This document shows positions 31,440-31,957 of a stretch of 31,957 nt of DNA, piece after piece. The stretch's first letter is position 1. Every line of letters starts with the position of its first letter. The position numbers and the translations under genes were made by a program. Below the pieces are notes generated by a model, which saw only the letters and a program-made list of their open reading frames with translations, was not told the DNA's origin and made no database searches. The stretch covers positions 1 through 31,957 of the IMG/VR virus record IMGVR_UViG_3300037424_000100; one strand, written 5' to 3'. Source of the DNA: a virus. Taxonomy: Duplodnaviria; Caudoviricetes.

Positions 31440-31957
31440 CTACGCGACCAAGCCGCTGTAAAACACACCGAGGTCAGTAGCGACAGACTTGAGGGAGAAC
31501 GCCATTTCACCCTCGATACGCTCGGCGGCGTTCTCGTCCATACGGAACCGCTTGATACGGGTACCGAACGAGCTGGCACCCATGTAGCCGTTCCACGAGA
31601 ACGTGTAACCAGCCGAGGCGGTCTGAAGTCCGGGGCTAGGGTTCGTGTAGCAAAGGAACCCGTGCTTACCGGCCATGAACGACATCGAAGTAGCCGCACC
31701 TTCTGCCGCCGTGTTGTTAATAGCTCTGGCGATAAGAAGCTTGTCGAGCCCAAGAGCCTGCGCAACCAAAGCCTCGTTAAGGAACGCTCCACCAGGCTTG
31801 GTGTACTTCACACGGTCGATGATCTGTGCGTGGTTCTGCAACTGCTGCCACACACGGGTACCGATCACCATGGTGTTAGGTGCGTGCCCGGTCTGTTCCT
31901 CGACATTAATAACCTGTCCGTAAACGTCTTCGATAGGAGTCGAGCCAGGCTGGTCCC
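31440..31957 (-). CDS. Major capsid protein, C-terminal part (starts beyond the right edge)
   Basis: Frame is open to the edge: DQPGSTPIEDV..TGHAPNTMVIG..SAGYTFSW..DLGVFYSGLVA; synteny and downstream hairpin. Confidence 0.85.
   Translation of the reverse strand, partial: DQPGSTPIEDVYGQVINVEEQTGHAPNTMVIGTRVWQQLQNHAQIIDRVKYTKPGGAFLNEALVAQALGLDKLLIARAINNTAAEGAATSMSFMAGKHGFLCYTNPSPGLQTASAGYTFSWNGYMGASSFGTRIKRFRMDENAAERIEGEMAFSLKSVATDLGVFYSGLVA

Noticed and set aside
31412-31792. 126-aa alternative-frame ORF overlapping the capsid end (possible frameshift extension)
   Set aside because: It extends only about 9 codons past the capsid stop, into the terminator hairpin, and I saw no slippery site.
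15270-31923. Numerous plus-strand ORFs opposite the structural genes (and similar ones at 558-8957)
   Set aside because: Antisense shadows of well-supported minus-strand genes, with no SD or recognisable motifs.

Overview
Segment of a tailed (siphovirus-type) dsDNA phage genome, probably infecting an actinomycete (inferred from the Rpf/SceD-like gene, r1t-type holin and tRNA set). There are three blocks. (1) Leftward arm, 1-11.3 kb: DNA polymerase III alpha (partial), a secreted Rpf/SceD-like transglycosylase whose catalytic domain looks circularly permuted, a gp32-like SSB, small hypotheticals, a MoxR AAA+/VWA pair, and a ~3 kb RNA-rich operon behind a sigma70-type promoter. The operon holds five tRNAs for AT-rich codons (Lys-UUU, Ile-UAU, Asn-GUU, Arg-UCU, Leu-UAA), two tRNA-like RNAs with alanine identity (G3:U70, A73) but collapsed anticodon arms, many structured spacers, and a 19-codon ORF containing exactly the five codons those tRNAs read. 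(2) A GATC-rich, heavily base-paired divergence region, then rightward DnaB helicase, SLOG-like protein and primase. (3) Leftward virion/lysis module: capsid C-terminus, head-tail connectors, two paralogous tail-tube genes, chaperones with an apparent +1 frameshift, tape measure with SLT domain, minor tail proteins, His-rich fibre and holin. The most novel-looking items are a three-copy pseudoknot RNA motif, the anticodon-less Ala-tRNA mimics, the five-codon mini-ORF and the permuted Rpf domain. All calls come from reading motifs by eye; no database searches or folding programs were run.
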